This document shows positions 21,343-30,445 of a DNA stretch of 48,945 nt, piece after piece. This stretch comes from an uncultured Rikenellaceae bacterium (GTDB lineage Bacteria > Bacteroidota > Bacteroidia > Bacteroidales > Tenuifilaceae), in NCBI GenBank assembly GCA_964554585.1, contig CAZKPD010000003.1, positions 252 through 49,196 on the forward strand, written 5' to 3'. The notes beneath the pieces were generated by a model. That model searched no databases and was not told where the DNA came from. It saw only the letters and a list, made by a program, of their open reading frames with translations. Within the stretch, counting starts at the first letter, position 1; each line of letters starts with the position of its first letter. The translations under genes and the position numbers were made by a program.

Positions 21343-22692
21343 ATGCAAAAAATGAAGAAGATTAAAGATTTCCTGAAGAACAAGTACTTCTTGTTCGCCC
21401 TGTCCACTTCCATATTTATTCTTTGGGTTATTTGGATTGGCAACTATTGGTTGCTATTCGGTTTGCCCATTTTTATCGACTACCATTTAACCCGTAAAGT
21501 GAATTGGACCCCATGGAAGAAACGTGGAGAAAAAAAGCATAGCGCAACAGTCGAATGGATTGATGCCATTATTTTTGCTGTTGTAGCAGCCACGCTAATT
21601 CGCATGTTCTTTATTGAGGCCTACACCATTCCCAGTTCCTCTATGGAAAAATCTATGTTAGTGGGAGATTATCTGTTTGTAAGCAAAGTGAGTTATGGCC
21701 CAAAAATGCCCAATACCCCCATCTCATTCCCTTTTGCACACCATACTTTACCGCTAACACAAAACAAAAAATCGTATGTGGAGTGGATAAAACGTCCCTA
21801 TAAGCGTCTTGCCGGGCTAAGAGATATTGAGCGCAACGATGTCGTAGTATTTAACTACCCCGAAGGGGATACGGTAATCGTTCAATTCCAATCTAATAAA
21901 AGCTACTACTCCGCAGTTCGAGAATTGGGTCGCGAAAGGGTGTGGAGAGATTATGATATTATTTCACGCCCCGTTGATAAACGGGAGAATTACATTAAGC
22001 GCTGCATTGCCATTCCGGGAGACTCCCTTTTGATCCGCCAGGGACAAGTATATATCAACGGAGAAAAACAACAGCTCGTAAACGAGCTTCAGTACAACTA
22101 TACGATCAGGACAAACGGAACAGCGATTAACTCCCGTATTCTCGACAACCTAAATATTGCAAAAAATGATCGAATGTTCAACGCTGCAGGGGGTATGTAT
22201 ATCATGCCACTTACCACCGAAGCTTATGATAAGATTAGAGTGCTGAATAATGTGCACTCGGTGTTAAAATATGAGAACACCAACTATAGCATGATGACCC
22301 AGATAATCTTCCCTTACTCCAATAAATACCCTTGGACCGAAGATAATTTTGGACCATTATGGATACCCAAGAAAGGCGAAACAGTAGAGCTAACTCTTGA
22401 TAATCTGCCTTTGTACGAAAGGGTTATTGAGACCTACGAAGGCAACACGTTGGCTGTAAACGACAGTGCCATACTCATAAATGGCCAAGAAGCTACATCC
22501 TATACCTTTGCTATGGACTACTACTTTATGATGGGCGATAACAGGCACAACTCTGCTGACTCGCGCTTTTGGGGATTCGTTCCCGAAGATCATATCGTAG
22601 GTAAAGCCTCTTTTATTTGGCTGTCTTTGGATAAAGACAAACGCTTCCCCGCGAATATTCGCTGGAACAGAATGCTAAGAGGAGTAAAATAA
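21343..22692 (+). CDS. lepB: Signal peptidase I (long Bacteroidota form)
   Basis: IPSSSME, YIKRCIAIPGD, GDNRHNSADSRFWG. Confidence 0.96.
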   Translation: MQKMKKIKDFLKNKYFLFALSTSIFILWVIWIGNYWLLFGLPIFIDYHLTRKVNWTPWKKRGEKKHSATVEWIDAIIFAVVAATLIRMFFIEAYTIPSSSMEKSMLVGDYLFVSKVSYGPKMPNTPISFPFAHHTLPLTQNKKSYVEWIKRPYKRLAGLRDIERNDVVVFNYPEGDTVIVQFQSNKSYYSAVRELGRERVWRDYDIISRPVDKRENYIKRCIAIPGDSLLIRQGQVYINGEKQQLVNELQYNYTIRTNGTAINSRILDNLNIAKNDRMFNAAGGMYIMPLTTEAYDKIRVLNNVHSVLKYENTNYSMMTQIIFPYSNKYPWTEDNFGPLWIPKKGETVELTLDNLPLYERVIETYEGNTLAVNDSAILINGQEATSYTFAMDYYFMMGDNRHNSADSRFWGFVPEDHIVGKASFIWLSLDKDKRFPANIRWNRMLRGVK

Positions 22693-22715
22693 GCTTAACC
22701 CCTATCACACCTTTT

Positions 22716-22745
22716 AAGCCTGCCTGATCCAGGGCAGGCTTTTTT
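22716..22745 (+). terminator. Intrinsic terminator after lepB
   Basis: aagcctgcc…ggcaggctt plus T-tract. Confidence 0.85.
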
Positions 22746-22867
22746 GTTTCGTCAAGTTTTGTCAGCCTAACCTGAAACAACTTTACAAATAGTATGGGAT
22801 AAACGGAAGAACACAAAGAATTATATCGGCAAAATTCACTAACTTTAAAGTTCCAATATTTTGCCAA

Positions 22868-23323
22868 ATGACACATTTGAAGAAGGGAGAGCAAGCTCCA
22901 CAATTTACTGGTAAAGACCAAAATGGGGATACTATCAGTTTAAATGACTTTAAAGGAAGGAAGCTAGTAATCTACTTTTATCCTAAGGACAACACCCCGG
23001 GATGCACTGCACAAGCTTGCAACCTGCGAGATAACTATCAAATGCTCCAGAAACAGGGCTACAACGTAATTGGGATAAGCGCTGACAGCCAACAATCGCA
23101 TAAAAAGTTTATTGAGAAGCATAACCTACCCTTTCCGCTCATAGCCGATATAGAGCGTGAAATACTCAATCTGTACGGAGTATGGGGGCCGAAAAAGTTT
23201 ATGGGTCGCACGTTTGACGGAATCCATCGCACCACATTTATAATTGATGAGCAAGGAATGATTGAAGAGGTGATTGAGCAGGTGAAAACAAAAGAACATA
23301 CAGCACAAATAATTAACATATAG
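22868..23323 (+). CDS. bcp: Peroxiredoxin Q/BCP
   Basis: YFYPKDNTPGCTAQAC. Confidence 0.95.
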   Translation: MTHLKKGEQAPQFTGKDQNGDTISLNDFKGRKLVIYFYPKDNTPGCTAQACNLRDNYQMLQKQGYNVIGISADSQQSHKKFIEKHNLPFPLIADIEREILNLYGVWGPKKFMGRTFDGIHRTTFIIDEQGMIEEVIEQVKTKEHTAQIINI

Positions 23324-23347
23324 CATCATTAAACAGCTTATCGCACT

Positions 23348-24370
23348 ATGGAAAAAGAGAAGAAAGAGAGCTTAAAAGAGATAAATAAAGAGAAGCTGAA
23401 AGCACTTCAGCTTACCATGGATAAGATTGACAAGGATTATGGCAAGGGGACAATCATGATGATGGGTGATAAAGCCGTGTCTGATATTCCAACCATTTCC
23501 AGCGGATCCATATCACTTGACTATGCCCTTGGGGTTGGTGGATATCCTAGAGGAAGGGTTATAGAAATCTTCGGCCCCGAATCATCGGGTAAAACAACGC
23601 TGGCAATACACGCAATAGCTCAAGCCCAAAAGCAAGGCGGCATAGCCGCCATCATCGATGCCGAACACGCATTTGACCGTACCTATGCCGAAAAGTTGGG
23701 TGTTGATGTGGAAACCCTGCTTATTTCACAACCCGACAATGGCGAACAGGCATTGGAAATTGCCGACCATCTGATTCGTTCAGGGGCCATTGATATTGTA
23801 GTAATCGACTCGGTAGCAGCCCTTACACCAAAGGCTGAGATTGAAGGTGAAATGGGTGACAATAAGCTGGGACTTCAAGCACGGTTAATGTCACAAGCGC
23901 TTCGGAAGCTTACCGCAAACATTTCCAGAACCAACACTTGCTGCATTTTCATTAACCAGCTTAGAGAGAAAATTGGTGTAATGTTTGGGAACCCCGAAAC
24001 TACAACCGGAGGGAATGCGCTTAAATTCTATTCCTCCGTTCGGGTTGATATCCGCAGGATTTCTCAGCTTAAGGAGGGTGATGAATCAACCGGGAATAGG
24101 GTAAGGGTACGAATTGTTAAAAACAAAGTGGCTCCCCCATTCCGCAAAGCGGAATTTGACATCATTTTTGGAGAGGGTATTTCAAAAACCGGTGAGATTA
24201 TTGATTTAGGGGTTGATCACAATATTATCAAAAAGAGCGGTTCATGGTACAGCTATGGTGAGACCAAACTGGGACAAGGTCGTGAAGCTGTTAGGGCACT
24301 TCTGCTAGATAATCCTGAGCTTAGCGATGAGCTGGAAGGAAAAATTGTGGAGGCAATTAGACAGTCTTAA
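23348..24370 (+). CDS. recA: Recombinase A
   Basis: [34 protein letters not shown]. Confidence 0.99.
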   Translation: MEKEKKESLKEINKEKLKALQLTMDKIDKDYGKGTIMMMGDKAVSDIPTISSGSISLDYALGVGGYPRGRVIEIFGPESSGKTTLAIHAIAQAQKQGGIAAIIDAEHAFDRTYAEKLGVDVETLLISQPDNGEQALEIADHLIRSGAIDIVVIDSVAALTPKAEIEGEMGDNKLGLQARLMSQALRKLTANISRTNTCCIFINQLREKIGVMFGNPETTTGGNALKFYSSVRVDIRRISQLKEGDESTGNRVRVRIVKNKVAPPFRKAEFDIIFGEGISKTGEIIDLGVDHNIIKKSGSWYSYGETKLGQGREAVRALLLDNPELSDELEGKIVEAIRQS

Positions 24371-24386
24371 AGAAGTCAATAAGCAT

Positions 24387-24417
24387 AAAAAAGGCAGATC
24401 CTAGTGGACTGCCTTTT
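24387..24417. terminator. Bidirectional terminator recA / phosphomutase
   Basis: aaaaggcag…ctgcctttt. Confidence 0.7.
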
Positions 24418-24439
24418 CTCTTGTAGTCAATCTACCTAC

Positions 24440-25792
24440 CTACTCCAAAGAGGCAATAATGGTTTTAACCTGAGCCACTTTCTGCTCAAGCAGCTCCGAA
24501 GTTTTAGCCTCGGCAATAAATCGCAAGTAAGGTTCTGTATTGGAAGGTCTAATATTAAACCACCACTGGGGAAACTCTACCCTATACCCATCAAAATCGA
24601 ACGAGGCAGTGGGTTCTTCTTGTGCGATAAAGTAATTTCGCACAGCTTCCATAGCCTCTTGTTTGCGCTCTATTTTAAAGTTGATCTCCCCCGAATTGGC
24701 ATAGGTCTCAATTCGTGCTATGGCTTGTGACAATGGAATACCCTGCTTCTTAAACTTAGAAATAACATTCAAAATAAGGAGACAAGCCAGTAAGCCTGAA
24801 TCAGAATAGAAAAAATCCTTAAAGTAGTAATGACCTGCAAGTTCTCCGCCATATAGCCCATCCAGTTCTCGGAGCTTAAGAGCAGCAAACGCTCTCCCCA
24901 CACGCCACGTGTGTATTTCTGCTCCCATGGGTGTTAGGTATTCTCCCACTGCTTTTGAGGTTCGAATATCCTGAAGCACAATTCCCTTCACTCCCCTCTC
25001 TTCAAAAAAGTAATGCCCCAATAGGGCTATCATCAAATCGGGAGAGATAAAACGGGCATTTTCATCCACAAACATCACCCTATCTGCATCCCCATCGAAA
25101 ATAATTCCGATATCACACTGCTCTTTTTTTACCAAATTTTGTAAATCGACCACATTCTTAGCCACCAGCGGATTTGCCTCATGGTTGGGAAAAGTCCCAT
25201 CCAGCTCATCGTAGAGATAATACGGGCTATCGCCAAGCAAAGATTTAACCAGAAGTGCAGCCATGCCGTTGGAGCAATCTATCCCAATGCGCATATGGCT
25301 ATAATCTTGAACATACTGCTTTAAAAACTCCACATATTCACCACGAACGTCAATCAGCTTAATTGTTCCAGGCTTTGCTGCCGGAGTTATGGGTTCTCCG
25401 TTCTTAATTTTCTGCTCAATCTCTTTGAGCCCATTATCATAGCCCACAGGCAATGCGTTTTCGCGGGAGACTTTCATCCCGTTATACTCTTTGGCGTTGT
25501 GCGATGCTGTAATTTGTACGCTGGCCTTAAACCCAAGTTTTGCTGTGGCATAGTAGACCATGGGGGTTGTCGACAACCCCAAATCGTACACATCTGCTCC
25601 GGCATCGGTTATCCCCTTTGTTAGGTATTTAAAGATCTCATCGGAGGAGACCCTAACATCTCGTCCTACCAATACCCTATCCGTTTTCAGCTGTCCCACA
25701 AGAAAGTAGCCAATCTTGTAGGCATCATCCCGATTAAAATCCTTATTGTATACGCCCCTAATGTCGTAAGCATGAAATGCTCCCATACTCAT
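24440..25792 (-). CDS. Phosphomannomutase/phosphoglucomutase
   Basis: AYDIRG, TASHN, FDGDADR, GELAGH, RPSNTEP. Confidence 0.93.
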   Translation of the reverse strand: MSMGAFHAYDIRGVYNKDFNRDDAYKIGYFLVGQLKTDRVLVGRDVRVSSDEIFKYLTKGITDAGADVYDLGLSTTPMVYYATAKLGFKASVQITASHNAKEYNGMKVSRENALPVGYDNGLKEIEQKIKNGEPITPAAKPGTIKLIDVRGEYVEFLKQYVQDYSHMRIGIDCSNGMAALLVKSLLGDSPYYLYDELDGTFPNHEANPLVAKNVVDLQNLVKKEQCDIGIIFDGDADRVMFVDENARFISPDLMIALLGHYFFEERGVKGIVLQDIRTSKAVGEYLTPMGAEIHTWRVGRAFAALKLRELDGLYGGELAGHYYFKDFFYSDSGLLACLLILNVISKFKKQGIPLSQAIARIETYANSGEINFKIERKQEAMEAVRNYFIAQEEPTASFDFDGYRVEFPQWWFNIRPSNTEPYLRFIAEAKTSELLEQKVAQVKTIIASLE

Positions 25793-25940
25793 CTGCTTTT
25801 AGTTATTAGGTAAAGTTAAGGTATTTGATCGTTTTCGTCAAGAAGAAAACTGCATGTCACTCCCAAAAAAAGATAAAAACCCGTCTGATTTCTCCTATAG
25901 TAGTGAATGCAATTTAAACCGATAAAATATTCCTCTTTTT

Positions 25941-25972
25941 TTTGGGAGTTATGTTTAAATGCTCTATTTTTG
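25941..25972 (+). promoter_or_regulatory. sigma-A promoter for tRNA-Gly/Leu
   Basis: TTTG-N20-TATTTTTG. Confidence 0.75.
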
Positions 25973-26018
25973 CACTTGCATTTAAGGAAGGCTTAACTGC
26001 ATTACTATTTGAAATTTT

Positions 26019-26091
26019 GCGGAAATAGCTCAGTTGGTAGAGCACAACCTTGCCAAGGTTGGGGTCGCGAGTTCGAGTCTCGTTTTCCGCT
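26019..26091 (+). tRNA. tRNA-Gly (GCC)
   Basis: Cloverleaf gcggaaa/tttccgc; anticodon arm caacc-ttGCCaa-ggttg; GTTCGA; CCA not encoded. Confidence 0.97.
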
Positions 26092-26097
26092 CAACCT

Positions 26098-26123
26098 AAA
26101 AAGCGGATCTACTCCGCTTTTTT
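26098..26123 (+). terminator. Terminator-like hairpin between the two tRNAs
   Basis: aaaaagcgga-tctac-tccgctttttt. Confidence 0.65.
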
Positions 26124-26150
26124 ACTGTTTAAAGGTTTTTTGTTCTTTGG

Positions 26151-26235
26151 GCCCGGATGGTGGAACTGGTAGACACGCAGGACTTAAAATCCTGTGGCCA
26201 TTGCGGCTGTGCGGGTTCAAGTCCCGCTCCGGGTA
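26151..26235 (+). tRNA. tRNA-Leu (TAA)
   Basis: gcccgga/tccgggt acceptor; cagga-ctTAAaa-tcctg; long variable arm; GTTCAA. Confidence 0.96.
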
Positions 26236-26241
26236 CACAAC

Positions 26242-26277
26242 AACCTCTCTAATCTCTTGATTATGAGAGGTTTTTTA
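26242..26277 (+). terminator. Terminator after tRNA-Leu
   Basis: aacctctc-taatc…gatta-t-gagaggtt plus T-tract. Confidence 0.75.
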
Positions 26278-26289
26278 TTTTTAGGATAC

Positions 26290-26318
26290 AAAAAAAGTGG
26301 CAATTCAGCCACTTTTTT
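26290..26318 (-). terminator. Terminator for ECF sigma gene (bidirectional shape)
   Basis: aaaaaaagtggc-aattca-gccactttttt. Confidence 0.8.
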
Positions 26319-26340
26319 GTTAACCAAACAGTCCTATTTT

Positions 26341-26838
26341 TTACTGGTAATCGGGCAAAGCATCCATAAGCTTCTGCCTCGAAAAAAAGATTCGACTCTT
26401 TACTGTTCCAATCTTTAGGTTCAGCTTATCGGCAATCTCCTTGTACTTGTATCCAGAAGTATGCATCTGGAAAGGAATCCTAAAATCATCGCTAAGCTCA
26501 TTAACCTTTCGGCTAATCTCATTGTGAGAATAGTTCGACTCTGGTCCCTCTTCAAAAGTTCTTCCATTGATGAGATACTGATTATCACTAGAGTCGAAAG
26601 TGGTTTTTTGCTTAACCGCTCTACGATAATTGTTGATAAAAGTATTCTTCATAATGGTAAAGGTCCAAGCCTTTATATTGGTGTTGTCCTGAAACTTATC
26701 TTGATGAGTTAACGCCTTAAGGAACGTATCCTGAAGCAAGTCTCTTGCATCTTCGGCATTAGCTGTAAGGCTATAGGCAAACTTCTCAAGATTGGGCTCA
26801 AGTTCTACTAATGCTGTGGTAAATTCTGCTGTTGACAT
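26341..26838 (-). CDS. ECF-type RNA polymerase sigma factor
   Basis: DARDLLQDTFLKA, AWTFTIMKNTFIN, YKEIADKLNLKIGTVKSRIF. Confidence 0.94.
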   Translation of the reverse strand: MSTAEFTTALVELEPNLEKFAYSLTANAEDARDLLQDTFLKALTHQDKFQDNTNIKAWTFTIMKNTFINNYRRAVKQKTTFDSSDNQYLINGRTFEEGPESNYSHNEISRKVNELSDDFRIPFQMHTSGYKYKEIADKLNLKIGTVKSRIFFSRQKLMDALPDYQ

Positions 26839-26887
26839 GGCTATACGACTTAATATTGTTTTTAATTGGTCTAATTAAGTGTTTATA

Positions 26888-26918
26888 CAAATGTACGTCA
26901 GAATTAAACAAAAACAAA
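26888..26918 (-). promoter_or_regulatory. sigma-A promoter of ECF sigma gene
   Basis: Minus strand TTTG-N19-TACATTTG. Confidence 0.7.
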
Positions 26919-27110
26919 TAGCTTCTACCACAATCCTGGAACAAAAGGTGTGCTTTCTAAATAAAAACACTCCTTAAACGCTGATTCGGACATGCTTTAA
27001 GGATATTATTCTAAATTAGGTCTAAAGAGTAGTCACGAAAAAGATAAGAAGCTAACCCTGTGATGGGATTAACCAGGTTGTCCTAAAAACTTGTGCTTGA
27101 AATGTTTTGG

Positions 27111-27986
27111 TTAATGCTCACCAAGCATCTCAATAAAATGCTGAGCATTGTTTATGGGAAGCACATTAGCAGGAAGACGATTCAAGTGCAGGTTAACCAA
27201 TTTACCTGTAGTAAATACTGGGATGTGCCCAGTCATACTAGCCAAATCATGAAAATAGGCAGCCAATTCTGTACCCGATTTAGAAACAGTAATAGCCGTA
27301 AAAAGATGAGTATACCCTTTTTGATTAACGATATGCTTAATCTCCTTTAGTGGAATATTTTGTCCCAAATATAGCACTTGAGCTCCGGCTTTACGGGCAA
27401 TGTAGCTATAATAGAGCAGGGTTAAATCATGAAACTCCTCTTCGGGTAAAAAGAATACCACCCTTAACGTATCCGACATCTTTGATTCTAAGGCAAAAGT
27501 CTCTGCTACAAGTGCATTTCGCAAAATACAAGTGGAAAAGTGTTCATGAGTTACGTTCATGGTACCCGCTTGCCACAGCTGCCCCATTAGTCCCTGAAAT
27601 GGAATAAATACATTCTCAAACGCCCACTCTATCCCCTTGTGCTCAACATACTCTTTAACCAACTTCTCAAACTGAGGAGCATCGAGATTTTTTGCATGTA
27701 CCAAAAGTGTTTCAGGAGCAGGCGACTCAGAGAAATACTGAGCTCCTTTGGATACAATCTCACTAATCTCTTCAGAGGTTAACCGAGCAATTCGACTAAT
27801 CCGATACCCTATACCCTGCAGATAAACAATGTTTAAGGCAAACCTTAAATCATCATCAGTATATCGTCGGATATTCGACTCGGTACGGTTGGGCGAAAAA
27901 ATACCGTACCGCTGCTCCCATACGCGTAATGTATGAGGCAAGATTCCGGTAAGAAGCGATATCTCTTTGATGCTATAAGTTGCCAT
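27111..27986 (-). CDS. CarH/LitR-like MerR regulator with cobalamin-binding domain
   Basis: MATYSIKE…HTLRVWEQRY…RRY HTH; W-x9-EH (WQAGTMNVTHEH); E-x-H (PEEEFHDL); YLGQN; start reassigned to 27986 because the longer ORF overlaps the upstream gene. Confidence 0.88.
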   Translation of the reverse strand: MATYSIKEISLLTGILPHTLRVWEQRYGIFSPNRTESNIRRYTDDDLRFALNIVYLQGIGYRISRIARLTSEEISEIVSKGAQYFSESPAPETLLVHAKNLDAPQFEKLVKEYVEHKGIEWAFENVFIPFQGLMGQLWQAGTMNVTHEHFSTCILRNALVAETFALESKMSDTLRVVFFLPEEEFHDLTLLYYSYIARKAGAQVLYLGQNIPLKEIKHIVNQKGYTHLFTAITVSKSGTELAAYFHDLASMTGHIPVFTTGKLVNLHLNRLPANVLPINNAQHFIEMLGEH

Positions 27987-28053
27987 AGTATTAGCGAATA
28001 ACACTATAACAACAGGGGTTAACAAAAATAGTTCACCAGCAATTTTTTGCCAA

Positions 28054-28704
28054 TCAGATTTTTTTGTAAATAACAAATAATCCGTCACGCAGGGGCAAGA
28101 GCACCTTCTCCAGATTCTCATTTTGAGCAACCATTCGGTTAAACTCTACAACTCCTATTGTATAAAGATCATCCGGCTCACCCTTTAACACTTTTTCTCC
28201 CCAAAGCACATTATCGCTCAAAATAAATCCACCAGCCTTAACCCTCGGAAGAACCATTTGCAGGTACTCCGGGTACTGACGTTTATCGCCATCAATTAGC
28301 ACCAGATCGAACACCTCATCCAATTCAGGGATAATCTGCAGTGCATCACCCTGGTGAAGGGTGATAATGTGGGATAAATTTGCCCGTTGAAAGTAGCTCA
28401 GAGCTGTTTCACACACCTCATCATTAATCTCAATGGTATGTAAACGCGCTTCAGCATTCAAGCCCCTTGCCATACAAATGGCAGAATAGCCTGTATAGGT
28501 TCCTATTTCAAGCACCCTTCTAGGGTTGATCATCCGACAGATAAGCTCCAACAGCTTGCCCTGAATGGGACCGCTCAACATGCGGGGATGAATACCGGTT
28601 AGATGCGTGTACCTCCTGAGCTCGTACAGCAGGTTATCTTCGGCAGATGAATGTTTGAGCAGATATTCCTCCAAATCATTATTTCCAAGAGTGCCCGATT
28701 CCAT
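28054..28704 (-). CDS. SAM-dependent O-methyltransferase (caffeoyl-CoA OMT/YrrM family)
   Basis: VLEIGTYTGYS, LIDGDK, DNVLW, RDG; start overlaps upstream stop (TAATG). Confidence 0.92.
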   Translation of the reverse strand: MESGTLGNNDLEEYLLKHSSAEDNLLYELRRYTHLTGIHPRMLSGPIQGKLLELICRMINPRRVLEIGTYTGYSAICMARGLNAEARLHTIEINDEVCETALSYFQRANLSHIITLHQGDALQIIPELDEVFDLVLIDGDKRQYPEYLQMVLPRVKAGGFILSDNVLWGEKVLKGEPDDLYTIGVVEFNRMVAQNENLEKVLLPLRDGLFVIYKKI

Positions 28705-29930
28705 TACAGATAAATTAGGGTTGACAATTTAGCGGGATCAAACATTTCATTAGCTATGTCCAACAACTCATTTGCAGTAATCCTTTCAATACTTCTGTTA
28801 ACCTCATCAACGGTATCAATAGAATTATACAGCATATAGGAACGAGCTGCACTGAGCATCAAGGCCTCGCTATTCTCTGAGGCAATAGCCAATTGCCCCA
28901 TTAGCTGTTTCTTGGCACGCGTGAGCTGAAGTGATCCCAAACGGGCTTCTTTTAAAGATTTCATCTCTTTGTAAATCAGCTCCAAAGCTCTCTCAAAGTT
29001 TATCTTATCGGTACCAAAATAGATAGAAAAGACACCTGTATCCGAATAGGGTGAATATACGGCTTCCACATTGTACGAGAGCCCATTTCGCTCTCTCAAA
29101 ACCATATTTAAGCGGGAATTTTGACCGGGACCTCCCAAAATATTGGTCAACAAAAGCATACCTACCCTATTCTCATGGTTCAAATGGTAAGATTGAGAAC
29201 CTATGATGCAATGCTTCTGATACGTTCCTTTTTTTAGCTCTTTAAACTGAGATGCGGTATAGCTAATGGGAACACGGTTTATTTCTCTAACGCCTGTAGG
29301 AATATTGCCAAAATAGCGAAGCGCCAGCTGCTCTACCCTGTGAAATGGAATTTTTCCCATGGAGCATACTACCACCTCGTTGCTCTTATAGTTCCGGACA
29401 ATAAAAGATTCTACATCAGCCTTAGTAAACCGTTTAATATATCGCTTTGATCCTAGAATATTTCTTCCAAAGGGATGCTGCGGATAGAGCAGCTCCTCAA
29501 AATCATCAAAAATAAGCTCAGAGGGCGAATCCTTGTAGGAGTTAATCTCATCCAAGATTACATCCTTCTCTTTAGCAAGCTCTTTTTCAGGAAATGTGGA
29601 GCAGTAAACTATATCGTATAGCAGCTCCACAGCCCTATGGAAATCCTCCTTAAGAACAGTAGCATGAACTACAGTCTCCTCCTTGGTAGTATAAGCATTT
29701 AGATCGCCACCCACATTCTCTAGCCTATTAGTAATGTGAAAGGCTTTTCGACGATGTGTCCCTTTAAACAGCACATGCTCTATAAAGTGAGCCATGCCAT
29801 GCTCATGCTCCAGCTCGTCACGAGTTCCGGTATTAACCATAACACCTAAGTAGGCAACGGGCGACTGGGTTCGACCATGAACCAGCCTAATCCCATTGGG
29901 CAAAACGGATGTTTCGAAATCCATGTACAT
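28704..29930 (-). CDS. M16 family zinc peptidase
   Basis: HFIEH inverted zincin motif, NAYT, SRL…LRE..GL.Y. Confidence 0.93.
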   Translation of the reverse strand: MYMDFETSVLPNGIRLVHGRTQSPVAYLGVMVNTGTRDELEHEHGMAHFIEHVLFKGTHRRKAFHITNRLENVGGDLNAYTTKEETVVHATVLKEDFHRAVELLYDIVYCSTFPEKELAKEKDVILDEINSYKDSPSELIFDDFEELLYPQHPFGRNILGSKRYIKRFTKADVESFIVRNYKSNEVVVCSMGKIPFHRVEQLALRYFGNIPTGVREINRVPISYTASQFKELKKGTYQKHCIIGSQSYHLNHENRVGMLLLTNILGGPGQNSRLNMVLRERNGLSYNVEAVYSPYSDTGVFSIYFGTDKINFERALELIYKEMKSLKEARLGSLQLTRAKKQLMGQLAIASENSEALMLSAARSYMLYNSIDTVDEVNRSIERITANELLDIANEMFDPAKLSTLIYL

Positions 29931-29969
29931 AAATTAGAATGCAAACCTAATCAAATGGCATGAAACCTC

Positions 29970-30060
29970 AAAAAAGGAAAAAAGAAGACTTTAGGTGAAT
30001 TGCTTCCTTCCCTTTACCACAGATTACAAACAAACTCAACCTAATTGAACGAAAAGGGAG
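29970..30060 (-). ncRNA. Candidate small RNA or structured leader
   Basis: Minus-strand TAATTTTG at 30062-30069; long G:U-containing hairpin 29991-30044; U-tracts at the 3' end. Confidence 0.3.
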
Positions 30061-30090
30061 GCAAAATTACGAACAAATCTCTACAAGGTG

Positions 30091-30121
30091 TTTGCAGTTA
30101 AAAAAAGTTCTCTTATATTTG
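30091..30121 (+). promoter_or_regulatory. sigma-A promoter for tRNA-Phe
   Basis: TTTG-N19-TATATTTG. Confidence 0.75.
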
Positions 30122-30141
30122 CCACGCAATTCGCATGGCAT

Positions 30142-30214
30142 GGTGCCATAGCTCAGTTGGTAGAGCAAAGGACTGAAAATCCTTGTGTCCCCGGTTCGAT
30201 TCCTGGTGGCACCA
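30142..30214 (+). tRNA. tRNA-Phe (GAA)
   Basis: ggtgcca/tggcacc acceptor; aagga-ctGAAaa-tcctt; GTTCGA. Confidence 0.97.
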
Positions 30215-30215
30215 C

Positions 30216-30252
30216 AACACCCCGAGTTTTATGCTCGGGGTGTTGTTTTTTA
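30216..30252 (+). terminator. Terminator after tRNA-Phe
   Basis: aacaccccgag-ttttatg-ctcggggtgtt plus T-tract. Confidence 0.85.
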
Positions 30253-30300
30253 TAACCAAACCAAGTGATTTGGGCTCAGTGTTTTGGGGTGACTGAGTGG

Positions 30301-30337
30301 AATTGTAGTCGCAAAAACGACACAAAGGACTACAATT
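30301..30337. repeat. Perfect 10-bp inverted repeat
   Basis: aattgtagtc-N17-gactacaatt. Confidence 0.7.
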
Positions 30338-30445
30338 AAGGTAAACTCTACTTTTCGCGAGAATTATACAAATTGCATCTCAAACCCTTATCATTGTTTC
30401 ACGATTTGAATTATTATTGAGCCTTGAGGAGAGGAAGATGCAAAC

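Noticed and set aside
22868-24370. bcp-recA linkage as a novelty
   Set aside because: Known arrangement in Bacteroidales
26009-26418. ORFs of 83 and 74 aa
   Set aside because: They overlap tRNA-Gly/tRNA-Leu and terminators; spurious
27987-28130. N-terminal extension of the MerR-B12 ORF
   Set aside because: Overlaps the O-methyltransferase gene; the HTH starts at MATYSIKE (27986)
29991-30044. SRP (4.5S) RNA because of GGAAGGAAGCA on the minus strand
   Set aside because: The upstream CAGG and the stem closing the GGAA tetraloop are missing; kept only as an unclassified RNA candidate
30113-30325. 70-aa minus-strand ORF
   Set aside because: Antisense to tRNA-Phe
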